A stretch of 64,000 nt of DNA from an uncultured Candidatus Saccharibacteria bacterium (GTDB lineage Bacteria > Patescibacteriota > Minisyncoccia > Phycocordibacterales > CAIZLB01): contig CAYJDM010000001.1 in assembly GCA_964368945.1 (NCBI GenBank), forward strand, positions 106,849-170,848, written 5' to 3'. Made by a program: the position numbers and the translations under genes. Under the pieces are notes generated by a model. The model worked only from the letters and a program-made list of their open reading frames with translations, made no database searches and was not told where the DNA came from. How positions within the stretch are numbered: the stretch's first letter is position 1; the number at the start of each line of letters is the position of its first letter. This document shows, in pieces, positions 19,268 through 27,843 of the stretch.

Positions 19268-20779
19268 TCACAGTTTCTTTAGATATTCAATAAGGGAGTC
19301 GATATGGATGGTTTCCTGGACCCGGGTCTCCACATGGCGGACCGTAACGCTATTTTCGATGGCTTCCTTCTGGCCTACGAGGAGGATATACGGAACGCCT
19401 AGCTTTTCAGCCCCTTGGAGCTGGGCGGTGATCTTGTCCTTGCTCAGGGCCTGATGGACCGGGATCCTGGCAGTTCGGAGCATTTCGAGGATGGTGAGGC
19501 TCTTGAGCTTAGCCTCATATCCGAGGTGGATGAAATAGAATCGGATATCTTCCTCGACGATTATAGTGCCGCCTTTGCCATTGCCTGAGGCCTTCGCGTC
19601 CTTATCGTCCACGAGAATATGAGCGCCGATGGCAGGGATTTCCTTTTTGCCAAAAGCCTTCCGCGCAATGCTATTGTATCGCTCGCCGATGCATAGGAGG
19701 CTTCTCTTTTCCGCACCCGTATCCTTTTTGCCCTCCTTTGCGATGCCGATGATCTGAAAGACCGTTCCAGTCGAGCAGTTTCGAGATCCCGTCAAAGCCT
19801 CATTGATCATATATGGAAGGCCGAGAGATTCGAGGAATTCCAAGACTTCTCGGAAATGGGTTCGGCTTTCTTCCGAAAGATAGTTCACCGTCTTCGGCGC
19901 CTCATCGCTCCATGGCTGGAGTCGGTCGTCCTGCGATACTGCGAGAAGAAGCGGATCTTTTTTATACATCTGTCGCAAATCCGCTGGCAATTCGCCCAGA
20001 TGCTTCTTATAATATGCGGCGAATTCCTTGGCGAATCGGGCAAATGAATCCTTGTCTCCGACAGAGTTGATTTCAACCATCAATTCCATATCGGGATTAT
20101 GCTCCTTGAGAATGACATATGCGGTTTCGATGACGACGGCATCAGCGATGCTCTTTGAATTGCCGATGATATCCACATTGAAGATATGGCCGGTCTTTTT
20201 CGCTTTTTCGGCGAATGTATTTCCCTTGAGCGGACCGCTGAAGCAGATCGATGGCGGCTGATTGAGATCCTGCATCTTTTTATCAATGTAATTGCGCAAG
20301 ATAGCAACCTTCTCCTCGAGAAAGGCATCGAATGTAAGCGTCTCGGCAGAATCGCCCTTCTGGCTCTTGTCCTTGAGCGACTTTACCTTTGTGATATCTG
20401 ATTTTTCAACCTCTGATTCGAATGGCACAAAGCCGAAATGCCGCGCTGTCTTGAGGCAGTTCAGATGGCCCTTGTATATATGCGCAGGGACCTGGAATTC
20501 ATGCTTGGTATGCTTGCCGGCCTTTGTGGGCTTGAATGATCGGGCAGGGACGGCATGCTGGTTCTCGGCATGGTGGTTGCTCTTGGAAGTCTTTGAGGCA
20601 TTCTTTCCAGCTGGCTTTGCGGCGATAGCAGGCTTGGGTTTTGCCTTGCTTGCGGGCTTTTTAGGGTGGGCAGAGGCGGCTTTAGAAGTCGTCTTTTTCG
20701 CCGTTTTAGGCGCTTTTTTGCTCATTTTGGTATGGGCTTTTGAGGTAAAAATTGCTAAGAAATCGTGTAAATCCCGCAT
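19268..20779 (-). CDS. hisS: histidyl-tRNA synthetase-like class II aaRS with Lys/Ala-rich N-terminal tail
   Basis: INSVGDKDSFARFAKEFAAYYKKH resembles the HisRS INSLG region; CIGERYNS resembles a degenerate GGGRYD motif 3; C-terminal anticodon-binding-domain pattern LGVPYILLVGQKE; roughly 100-aa K/A/P-rich histone-like N-terminus. Confidence 0.5.
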   Translation of the reverse strand: MRDLHDFLAIFTSKAHTKMSKKAPKTAKKTTSKAASAHPKKPASKAKPKPAIAAKPAGKNASKTSKSNHHAENQHAVPARSFKPTKAGKHTKHEFQVPAHIYKGHLNCLKTARHFGFVPFESEVEKSDITKVKSLKDKSQKGDSAETLTFDAFLEEKVAILRNYIDKKMQDLNQPPSICFSGPLKGNTFAEKAKKTGHIFNVDIIGNSKSIADAVVIETAYVILKEHNPDMELMVEINSVGDKDSFARFAKEFAAYYKKHLGELPADLRQMYKKDPLLLAVSQDDRLQPWSDEAPKTVNYLSEESRTHFREVLEFLESLGLPYMINEALTGSRNCSTGTVFQIIGIAKEGKKDTGAEKRSLLCIGERYNSIARKAFGKKEIPAIGAHILVDDKDAKASGNGKGGTIIVEEDIRFYFIHLGYEAKLKSLTILEMLRTARIPVHQALSKDKITAQLQGAEKLGVPYILLVGQKEAIENSVTVRHVETRVQETIHIDSLIEYLKKL

Positions 20780-20928
20780 ACATTACCATATATGGGGGTA
20801 TGGCACAATTATTTGGGTGTTTTAGGGGCTTTTTCACAGAAAAAACGAAAAGCGCATGCTATCATGTCCCCAGATTGCGGCACTATAAAGTTCCTGCATT
20901 CCTACCGAAATCCAGACAATCCATACCA

Positions 20929-22098
20929 ATGAAATCGATCTTTGCAAAAAAAGCGGGCTCCGTGCCCGCATTCTCTCTCTGTCTCTTTGGGCTGCTCGGC
21001 AATGCGCATGCTCAAGCCTCGAGTATCGTTATCTCCGAAGCTCCTGAAAGGATGGTATCGCAGAACTTTCGCGTCGATTCCGGAGGTTTTCCTCTGGTTC
21101 CTGTCGCTGCATTCACTGTCACATCATCAGGCGATGAAAATATCATGGCAAATTTCGATGTCGACATTGTCGGCTCGGCTTCCGTCAGGGTCATCTATCT
21201 CTTCGAAGGCGGCAATCAGATCACTGCCGGCGGCGCATCTGATCAGCATAGCGACAATCTCTTCATGGGGGTCAGAATGATGAATGGCGATAAGCGCACA
21301 TTCACCGTCATGGTGCAGTTCTTCAACGATGTGGCGACCGTTAGTCCGCTGGCTCAGGCTCGTGTGACGAATTTCATGTATTATAATTCGAATTTTCATC
21401 TCACGAGCGCTTCGGGCACGATAGTCGGACCCACGATGCATCTTTTCGACAAATGCGCGCAATGGTCTGTCGCGATGCCTACATCGATAGCGATCGATAC
21501 GTCCGCATCGAAGGTTACTGCATCATTTCCGCTCAATGCCAAAGCCTTGGCGGGAGCTGTCGTCATGCCGATCGCATCCGACTTCAGCGTCAAATTCGTC
21601 GATATCGAAACAGGAGAACTGCATGCGGCGACTGAAGTCTTGGTCGCTGTCAGTCCGCCTGGCCAGATTGCCGATGGATCTGTCAAACCGGTAACCGTAA
21701 CCGCTTCATTGTCGGCGCCAAGCATCAAGCCCGATGGCTTGTATCATGCGCGGATCGAAGCTATCAAATGGACGATTGCACAAAAGCAGACGATCCAGAC
21801 ATGGGGACTTGACCGCATGGTCACAGGCATAACGAATGCTGTTCCCTCGGAAAAAAACAGCATTGGGATTATCGGCTCAAGGCTCAGGCCCGTGGATCAG
21901 ACTCTTGTAATGGCATTCACCGCTCCGCATCAGAATTTCTTCGTCGAATCTTCCGCCGATCTTTCTGGTTGGACGGAGTTCAGTCCGCCGATTGCGGTCA
22001 GCGAGATCGCCGGCTTGCCCAATGATGCGAAAGCATACCGAATGGTATTGCCATTGCAGCAGGAGCGTCGATTCTATCGGGCCACGCTGCGGCCTTAG
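20929..22098 (+). CDS. secreted hypothetical protein, paralogous to the 49040 gene
   Basis: Signal peptide MKSIFAKKAGSVPAFSLCLFGLLGNAHA; beta-rich S/T/V/A composition; C-terminus DLSGWTEF...RFYRATLRP; the track ORF begins upstream at 20752 but the Met at 20929 gives a canonical signal peptide. Confidence 0.55.
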   Translation: MKSIFAKKAGSVPAFSLCLFGLLGNAHAQASSIVISEAPERMVSQNFRVDSGGFPLVPVAAFTVTSSGDENIMANFDVDIVGSASVRVIYLFEGGNQITAGGASDQHSDNLFMGVRMMNGDKRTFTVMVQFFNDVATVSPLAQARVTNFMYYNSNFHLTSASGTIVGPTMHLFDKCAQWSVAMPTSIAIDTSASKVTASFPLNAKALAGAVVMPIASDFSVKFVDIETGELHAATEVLVAVSPPGQIADGSVKPVTVTASLSAPSIKPDGLYHARIEAIKWTIAQKQTIQTWGLDRMVTGITNAVPSEKNSIGIIGSRLRPVDQTLVMAFTAPHQNFFVESSADLSGWTEFSPPIAVSEIAGLPNDAKAYRMVLPLQQERRFYRATLRP

Positions 22099-22158
22099 CG
22101 CGAAAATCAGAAGCCGGTCCTCCTTGCGGGGACCGGCTCTTCTACTTTCCAAAAAAAA

Positions 22159-22914
22159 CTATTGCGGCAAATTTACACCCTGAAACTCATCTGTCGATCC
22201 GGGCGTCAGGCCGAAATGCTTGAAGGGAAGAAGGCGGACAAGGGCGCGTCCTTCAATGGCCGTTCGGTGCAGGGCTCCCCAGATTCGTGAATCTGAGCTG
22301 ACCTCTCGATTGTCTCCCATGACGAAATACTCATCGGATGCGAGAGTTCGGTCCGCCTTGCGGCTGCTGGTGAATTTGACATATGGCTCGGTCGATTTGA
22401 AGCCATTGGGATTTTCTTTATTAAAAATGGTAACCGAAGTGCCATCAACGACGACGCGCTCGCCAGGAAGTCCGATGATTCTTTTTATAAAATACCTGCC
22501 ATCATTCGTTGGCGCATCAAAGACGATCACTTCGCCTCGCTCAGGTGCGCGGACCTGATATGAAAGCTTGTCGACAATCACATAATCGCCATCCTCGAAT
22601 GTCGGCTCCATGGAGCTGCCGTTCACGAGGAAGGGGTCGATGACGAAAAGCCGCAATAGGATGATTGCCACCATAAAGACGATGATCTTCGTCCAGAAAT
22701 GGTCTTTCTTAGGCTTTTTATTGCGAGCATTGACCGCGGCCGGCGTCTCGGATGCCATCTCAGCATCGATGTCTATATCGATGGGCTGGCCATTTATTTT
22801 CTCAAGCGGCTCGCCTCCATTTGGGTTAAAGGATTCACTCATATTTTTGCCAAGTATACCATATGGACACCGCATGGATACCGCGATAACCGCAATATCT
22901 GCATGGTTTTCCAA
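22159..22914 (-). CDS. lepB: signal peptidase I
   Basis: Ser box GSSMEPTF; Lys box and VMGDNREVSSDSR; N-terminal TM. Confidence 0.85.
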   Translation of the reverse strand: MENHADIAVIAVSMRCPYGILGKNMSESFNPNGGEPLEKINGQPIDIDIDAEMASETPAAVNARNKKPKKDHFWTKIIVFMVAIILLRLFVIDPFLVNGSSMEPTFEDGDYVIVDKLSYQVRAPERGEVIVFDAPTNDGRYFIKRIIGLPGERVVVDGTSVTIFNKENPNGFKSTEPYVKFTSSRKADRTLASDEYFVMGDNREVSSDSRIWGALHRTAIEGRALVRLLPFKHFGLTPGSTDEFQGVNLPQ

Positions 22915-22932
22915 TTATGATAAACTACCTTC

Positions 22933-23583
22933 ATGCATTACATTGTAGGACTCGGGAATCCCGGAACAGAATATGAAAATACGCGTCACAATGTCGGACG
23001 CATGGCAGTTCAATTATTGGCAAAAGAATATGCCGCGGATGGCGTAGCCGGATTCAAGGCGGATAAGGTTCTCAAATCCCTGAAGACGAAAGCGGATATC
23101 GATGGGGAATCAGCCACTCTGATTCTGCCGGAGACATTTATGAATAAAAGCGGCCAGGCCGTCGCGCCTCTCATCGTTGGCGATACCAAGATCGTCGGCA
23201 AGCTCAATGAGGCCCAGAAAAAAGCCCTCGATAAGAAAGCCAAAAAGCTCGTCGTCATCCATGATGATCTCGACCTGCCATTCGGCCATATCAAGATCGT
23301 CTTTAATCGCGGTCCTGGCGGAAATAATGGCGTCGATTCGATCATCAAATCGATCAAGACCGAGGCTTTCACGCGCATCAAGATCGGCATCTCTCCGACC
23401 ACTCCGACGGGCAAGCTTCGCAAGCCGGTAGGCGAGGACAAGGTCGTCAAATTCATCCTCGGCCAATTCCAGACAAGCGAAGCCAGCGAGCTCAAAAAAG
23501 TCCTCAAACGCATCCCGGAAATTGTCTCAGTCATCGTCAAAGAAGGCGAGCAGAGCGCGATGAATCAGTTCAATGCTCGATAG
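22933..23583 (+). CDS. pth: peptidyl-tRNA hydrolase
   Basis: N-terminus MHYIVGLGNPGTEYENTRHNVG matches the Pth signature. Confidence 0.9.
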   Translation: MHYIVGLGNPGTEYENTRHNVGRMAVQLLAKEYAADGVAGFKADKVLKSLKTKADIDGESATLILPETFMNKSGQAVAPLIVGDTKIVGKLNEAQKKALDKKAKKLVVIHDDLDLPFGHIKIVFNRGPGGNNGVDSIIKSIKTEAFTRIKIGISPTTPTGKLRKPVGEDKVVKFILGQFQTSEASELKKVLKRIPEIVSVIVKEGEQSAMNQFNAR

Positions 23584-23691
23584 CATTGACATGCGTTGAA
23601 TCGCAGTGCATGATTTATCCAGATTGGAACATAAGTGCCCTCGGGCTCGTTTCGGTTCAGAAATTCACTCCAACCCATCCCATCCTGCTGA

Positions 23692-24207
23692 ATGAAAATT
23701 AAAAAAAGAAAACCACAAACGAGAAGGCAACGGATCGCTGCCCTTCGCCTCACTGCTTCAATCTTGCGCCGCACTACAGCTCGGACTCGACAGATCAGGG
23801 ACCTGCTTGACGATTTTCAAGTCCAAACAGGATTCATGATGCACCGGCCCTGTAGGGAGTATGACGATTCTGACGCGGCGAAAGCGCTTGTCAGGCTCGG
23901 CAGGATTGCAATGCCTGCAATTGCCGATACCATCGATACTGTGTTTGGTTCCGATGACTATGGCTATACTGGAACCGTACTGTCTCATGAATGGTATTGG
24001 CGAACCTTCCTGGTTTGGACATTTCTTGTCGGCGATTCGCTCCGGGGTGTCGGCAGGCATGCTCCATATTCGAACCAGACGCCGTATGGCTACCAGGATA
24101 TGCGTGTGTACGCTGCGGCTTGTCGCCAATGCGCAATGGGCGTTCCGCAGACTCCGCAAATTCACAAGGTATGGGCTGAAGCCACATACTGCAAGCAAGC
24201 TGCTTAA
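23692..24207 (+). CDS. hypothetical protein on a GC-rich segment
   Basis: 171-aa ORF, basic N-terminus; followed by a strong terminator; strand choice rests on terminator position. Confidence 0.3.
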   Translation: MKIKKRKPQTRRQRIAALRLTASILRRTTARTRQIRDLLDDFQVQTGFMMHRPCREYDDSDAAKALVRLGRIAMPAIADTIDTVFGSDDYGYTGTVLSHEWYWRTFLVWTFLVGDSLRGVGRHAPYSNQTPYGYQDMRVYAAACRQCAMGVPQTPQIHKVWAEATYCKQAA

Positions 24208-24230
24208 GTGCGTATTGATACGCAAAACGA

Positions 24231-24258
24231 AACGCCGGCCCCGCAAGGGGCCGGCGTT
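24231..24258. terminator. bidirectional intrinsic terminator serving rpsA (-) and the 23692 gene (+)
   Basis: Perfect 12-bp stem aacgccggcccc/ggggccggcgtt with a gcaa loop. Confidence 0.6.
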
Positions 24259-24285
24259 ATCTCGTCTTAAGCTTTCGCTTTTTTT

Positions 24286-25449
24286 TTACTTCTTAGCCTT
24301 GTCGATGAATGACAATGCCATCTTCTGCTCCTTTACATCGAAGAGAGTGATCTTGAACTGGTATGTCTTGCCGAGCTCGAGCTTTTCTCGAAGCTTAACA
24401 TCGCTGCCGAATTCAGATACGTGTACAAGTCCGGCAACTCCTTCCTCGATAGAGGCGAGAGCTCCGTGCTTATTGAACTTGATGATGATGCCTGTGACGA
24501 CATCATCCTTCTTGTACTTCTTCTCGGCTTCCTTCCAAGGGTTAGGCTTGAGAGCCTTGATTGAAAGAGAGATCTTGCCATCCTTGATTTCGATGACCTT
24601 GACCTTTACCTTTTCTCCAACCTTGAACATAGATCGAGGGTCCTCGACGAGAGACCAGTCGATCTCAGAGATATGAACGAGTCCTTCGAGATTGTCCTCA
24701 AGCTTGACGAAGATTCCAAAGTCGACGGCACCTGTGACAGTTCCTTCGAGCTCCTCACCGATCGCATACTTGCTGACGATCTTTTCCTTGTCTCGAGATT
24801 CAGGAGACTTTTCAGAGAAGATAAGTTTTCCTTCCTTTGGAGACGCTGCGATGATGCAGACAGAAAGCTTTTCTCCTACGAATTTCTTCAATTCCTCAAG
24901 GATCTTATCCTTATCGCCATCCTCTACTCGAGGGTAGTGATCAGCCTTGAGCTGAGATGCGGGAAGGAATCCCTGGATACCCTGCCAAGACATGAGAAGT
25001 CCGCCCTTATTCGCTTCGAGAACAGGGATGTCGTAGACGGTCTTTGATCGGATAGCTGCATCAGCCTCGCCCCAGATGAGCGCCTGCTTAGCTTCCTTGA
25101 GGGAGAGCTCGATGTATCCGTCCTCATTCGCGATATCGACGACCTTGGCCGCGATCTTGTCGCCAATGTTTACCTTTCGGATGATATCTCGTGCGGCAAT
25201 GTATTCTCGGCCGTAGATGATACCTGTTCCGTATGGCTGAAGGTCTACGAAGACGCCCTTCTTATCGATCGCGATAACCGGTCCTTCGACCAAGTCTCCG
25301 ACTGATGGGGGATTCTCCGTATTTGCTAATAGCTGGCCCATCATTGAATCGTCGACGAGAACTTCTTTTTTGTTCTTCGCTGCTACTTCTTTGGCGGCTG
25401 CATGTTCTGCTTCAGTCATTTCGACTTCCGCGGTAGTTGTTTTTGTCAT
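24286..25449 (-). CDS. rpsA: 30S ribosomal protein S1
   Basis: Multiple S1 OB-fold repeats (GDKIAAKVVDIANEDGYIELSLKEA; VHISEIDWS...VGEKVKVKVIEIKDGKISLSIK); start chosen at MTKTTTAEV at 25449, since the longer track ORF extends into the promoter region. Confidence 0.85.
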   Translation of the reverse strand: MTKTTTAEVEMTEAEHAAAKEVAAKNKKEVLVDDSMMGQLLANTENPPSVGDLVEGPVIAIDKKGVFVDLQPYGTGIIYGREYIAARDIIRKVNIGDKIAAKVVDIANEDGYIELSLKEAKQALIWGEADAAIRSKTVYDIPVLEANKGGLLMSWQGIQGFLPASQLKADHYPRVEDGDKDKILEELKKFVGEKLSVCIIAASPKEGKLIFSEKSPESRDKEKIVSKYAIGEELEGTVTGAVDFGIFVKLEDNLEGLVHISEIDWSLVEDPRSMFKVGEKVKVKVIEIKDGKISLSIKALKPNPWKEAEKKYKKDDVVTGIIIKFNKHGALASIEEGVAGLVHVSEFGSDVKLREKLELGKTYQFKITLFDVKEQKMALSFIDKAKK

Positions 25450-25549
25450 ATTTGTGGCGCCTATGCTTCTGCTTGGATATCTGAGGCCGATTAAGGCATG
25501 CACAGCAGGGATTACGTAGTCGCGGTTTGCTAATAAATATGTAGGGGAA

Positions 25550-25577
25550 AGTATACCTATTTTGAGGGGTTTTGCAA
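25550..25577 (-). promoter_or_regulatory. putative sigma70-type promoter of rpsA
   Basis: On the minus strand: TTGCAA, a 16-nt spacer, then TATACT; roughly 100-nt leader before the start codon. Confidence 0.4.
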
Positions 25578-25581
25578 TATA

Positions 25582-25943
25582 AATAAAATGCACTCGCAGA
25601 ATCCGGAGATTCGTACGAGTGCGGGTTTTATGGTGTCGAACAAGCCGGCCTTCGCCCGTATTATCCAGGTATCAGCACTATGGAAGTGCTAGGAACCCTT
25701 CAACGATGACGGTCTAGTTACCTTGTCTTCATATACCGACCTTTATTCTTGATCGGAGCTTGTCAGTTTTGCCACCATTTAACCGCTGTCCAACCGTTAG
25801 GTTGGTTTCAGGACCTATGAATGATCCTGTGGTTCAGCGCCTCAGTCAGGTTTCCCTGTTGAGGCTACCGGAAGTAGGGGCAGGATACGAGTACCTTAAA
25901 CTCGCCCCGCCGTACTTCGGCTATGTAGGGTACTTTCATTAAC
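25582..25943 (-). ncRNA. candidate structured ncRNA of about 360 nt, class unresolved (RNase P RNA is one possibility)
   Basis: GC-rich, ORF-free block between an AT-rich sigma70-like promoter (TTGACA-17-TATCAT) and an intrinsic terminator (gcactcg...cgagtgc plus a U-run); several clean hairpins (ccaaccgttaggttgg, agcactatggaagtgct, cgagtaccttaaactcg); weak resemblance to the RNase P P4/CR-V element (gaaggccggcuug). Confidence 0.4.
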
Positions 25944-25950
25944 TATGTAT

Positions 25951-25979
25951 ATGATATCACATATACATATATATGTCAA
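25951..25979 (-). promoter_or_regulatory. putative sigma70-type promoter driving the candidate ncRNA
   Basis: Minus strand: TTGACA (25979-25974), a 17-nt spacer, TATCAT (25956-25951). Confidence 0.4.
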
Positions 25980-26024
25980 GTACATAAAAAGCCTTATTTT
26001 GGCCATGACATATAAAAAGCAAAC

Positions 26025-26050
26025 GGCGCTGTCCCGTGAGGGACAGCGCC
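26025..26050 (-). terminator. intrinsic terminator of the 26083-26535 gene
   Basis: Stem ggcgctgtcc/ggacagcgcc followed on the minus strand by a T-rich tract. Confidence 0.55.
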
Positions 26051-26082
26051 TGAAGTGTCTGTTGGTTGTGTTGGTTTTGCGG

Positions 26083-26535
26083 CTAAGCTGCTGGGCGCCG
26101 CTTGCGCGTCGCTTTCGCATTGCCATAGGATCCGCCTCCAGTCGGCGGATTGCCGAAGTCGACGTAGGCTATGCTGTCACCGCGTCGGGCATGGGTAGGC
26201 ATCGTGAAATCCCGAGGAACGGGGTTCTTTGGCGCTTCGCGGATATTTTTCCAGCGAACATAATAGGCAAGCGGCACGATGAACGGGGCGATTCGGACGA
26301 AATAATGAGCCACCGCTGAGGAGTACCATTCTTTCTGCTGATAGAGGCCCCATGCGCAGCAGGCATAGAGGCCTGCCAGCATGATGATCGTCAGTATCGG
26401 AGCCGCGATGTCATCGGAGCCGCCGCGCTTCTGCGAAATGGCTGTCACCTCGTAAGGTTTAAGGCCGATATGCGCGAGAACGAACGTGAGAACTATGAAT
26501 AATATGGGTAGTACGATTGTCGGGTTGAGGTTCAC
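26083..26535 (-). CDS. hypothetical membrane protein
   Basis: 150 aa with 3-4 predicted TM helices and a basic C-terminus. Confidence 0.45.
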   Translation of the reverse strand: MNLNPTIVLPILFIVLTFVLAHIGLKPYEVTAISQKRGGSDDIAAPILTIIMLAGLYACCAWGLYQQKEWYSSAVAHYFVRIAPFIVPLAYYVRWKNIREAPKNPVPRDFTMPTHARRGDSIAYVDFGNPPTGGGSYGNAKATRKRRPAA

Positions 26536-26688
26536 TTGTTGGGTGTCAGGAGTGACTAGTGCGCTGTGTTGGTGGACAAGCCTATGCGGTCTGTATGGCC
26601 GTATTTACTTATCTGGGATAAAATGATACCACTCATATCATTGGGCGTCAATTTCTGCTTTTGGATAAAATATCGTAGAATAGACGGC

Positions 26689-27345
26689 ATGATTATCACA
26701 AATCTCGGACATGAGTTTTTCAAAGTGCAATTAGGCGACCTCACGATCGCTTTCAATCCTCCTTCAAAGGAATCCACATTCAAATCATCGAAGTTCGGCG
26801 CGGATATCGTGCTCGAGACATTGTCGCATGAGGATATGTCGGGCGGCGCCGACCTCGCATATGGCGATCGCGCTCCATTCATCATCTCCGGTCCTGGAGA
26901 ATATGAGAGAAAAGGAATCTTTATCAAGGGAGTCGCTGGCGCATCTCGATATGACCTCGATGATAAGGATGAAGATCTGATCAATACGATCTATTCTTTG
27001 TCGGTCGACAATATCAATCTATTGTTCCTCGGCGCGCAGAGCAGGGAATTACCCGCGCAGCTTTCTGATGTAGTCGATGAAGTGGATATCGTATTTATCC
27101 CGATCGGCAGTGCTGACGGCAAGGGAAGTGGGGTTTTTTCTCCAAAAGAAGCGTATAAAATCGCAATGAATCTCGAAGCCAAGCTCATAATCCCAATGAA
27201 TTTTTCATCAACCAAAGACGAATGCCTCAAGCAATTCATCAAGGAATCGGGAGGCGAGGCGACAACTGTGGATAAGCTCACGATCAAGCGCAAGGATATC
27301 GAAGGAAAGGAAGGCGAGATCATGATCCTCGAGCCGCAGGTCTAG
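26689..27345 (+). CDS. MBL-fold metal-dependent hydrolase (UPF0173-like)
   Basis: N-terminus MIITNLGHEFFKV...GDLTIAFNP plus an H.D motif (LETLSHED); start taken at the internal Met at 26689. Confidence 0.6.
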   Translation: MIITNLGHEFFKVQLGDLTIAFNPPSKESTFKSSKFGADIVLETLSHEDMSGGADLAYGDRAPFIISGPGEYERKGIFIKGVAGASRYDLDDKDEDLINTIYSLSVDNINLLFLGAQSRELPAQLSDVVDEVDIVFIPIGSADGKGSGVFSPKEAYKIAMNLEAKLIIPMNFSSTKDECLKQFIKESGGEATTVDKLTIKRKDIEGKEGEIMILEPQV

Positions 27346-27371
27346 CCTATGGCCGCCAGCGACAGGGCGAT

Positions 27372-27746
27372 TTGCATTTATATATGTCAAAATTCATTCA
27401 AAACCTAAAAGAAAAGCCGGTCGCGCAAAGAAAGAGGTTCGCGATCATATGCAGCGTCATTGTTGCCGGCCTGACTTTCATCGTCTGCGTCCTGGTTTTT
27501 CTCAGCGAGGTGAATGCATATTCGAAGAGCGCCGAGAAGAAAGCCAAGGAAGAAGGCACGCTCTCGAAGGTTTCCAAATCATATAATGCATATAAGAAGA
27601 ATTTCGACGATAGCGAGCTGGCGCAGCGATTCGATGGCGTCGGATTCGTTCAGGAGGATCCAGCTTCTACTACCGCGCCTACTACTGCGACCTCGACAGC
27701 CACATCGACCGCCACAAGCAGCGCTTCGGTCAATGTGCAGCGATAG
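27372..27746 (+). CDS. small membrane-anchored protein with S/T/A-rich tail, hypothetical
   Basis: 124 aa; one TM helix; C-terminal TAPTTATSTATSTATSSAS low-complexity region. Confidence 0.4.
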   Translation: MHLYMSKFIQNLKEKPVAQRKRFAIICSVIVAGLTFIVCVLVFLSEVNAYSKSAEKKAKEEGTLSKVSKSYNAYKKNFDDSELAQRFDGVGFVQEDPASTTAPTTATSTATSTATSSASVNVQR

Positions 27747-27843
27747 CGAATTAGGCAATGCCTCGAGGATACGGGCCACTACCGCATAAGTCGGATACTT
27801 GATATAATGCGCATCACCACAAACCCATTCATTTTTTATATAT

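Noticed and set aside
23861-24676. 271-aa plus-strand ORF spanning the rpsA 3' region
   Set aside because: It runs antisense through rpsA and across a strong terminator hairpin. The rpsA S1-domain call takes precedence.
25582-25943. tmRNA identity for the candidate ncRNA
   Set aside because: No tag-peptide reading frame ending in a stop preceded by Ala-rich codons, no tRNA-like T-arm, and no CCA 3' end. It terminates in a Rho-independent hairpin instead.
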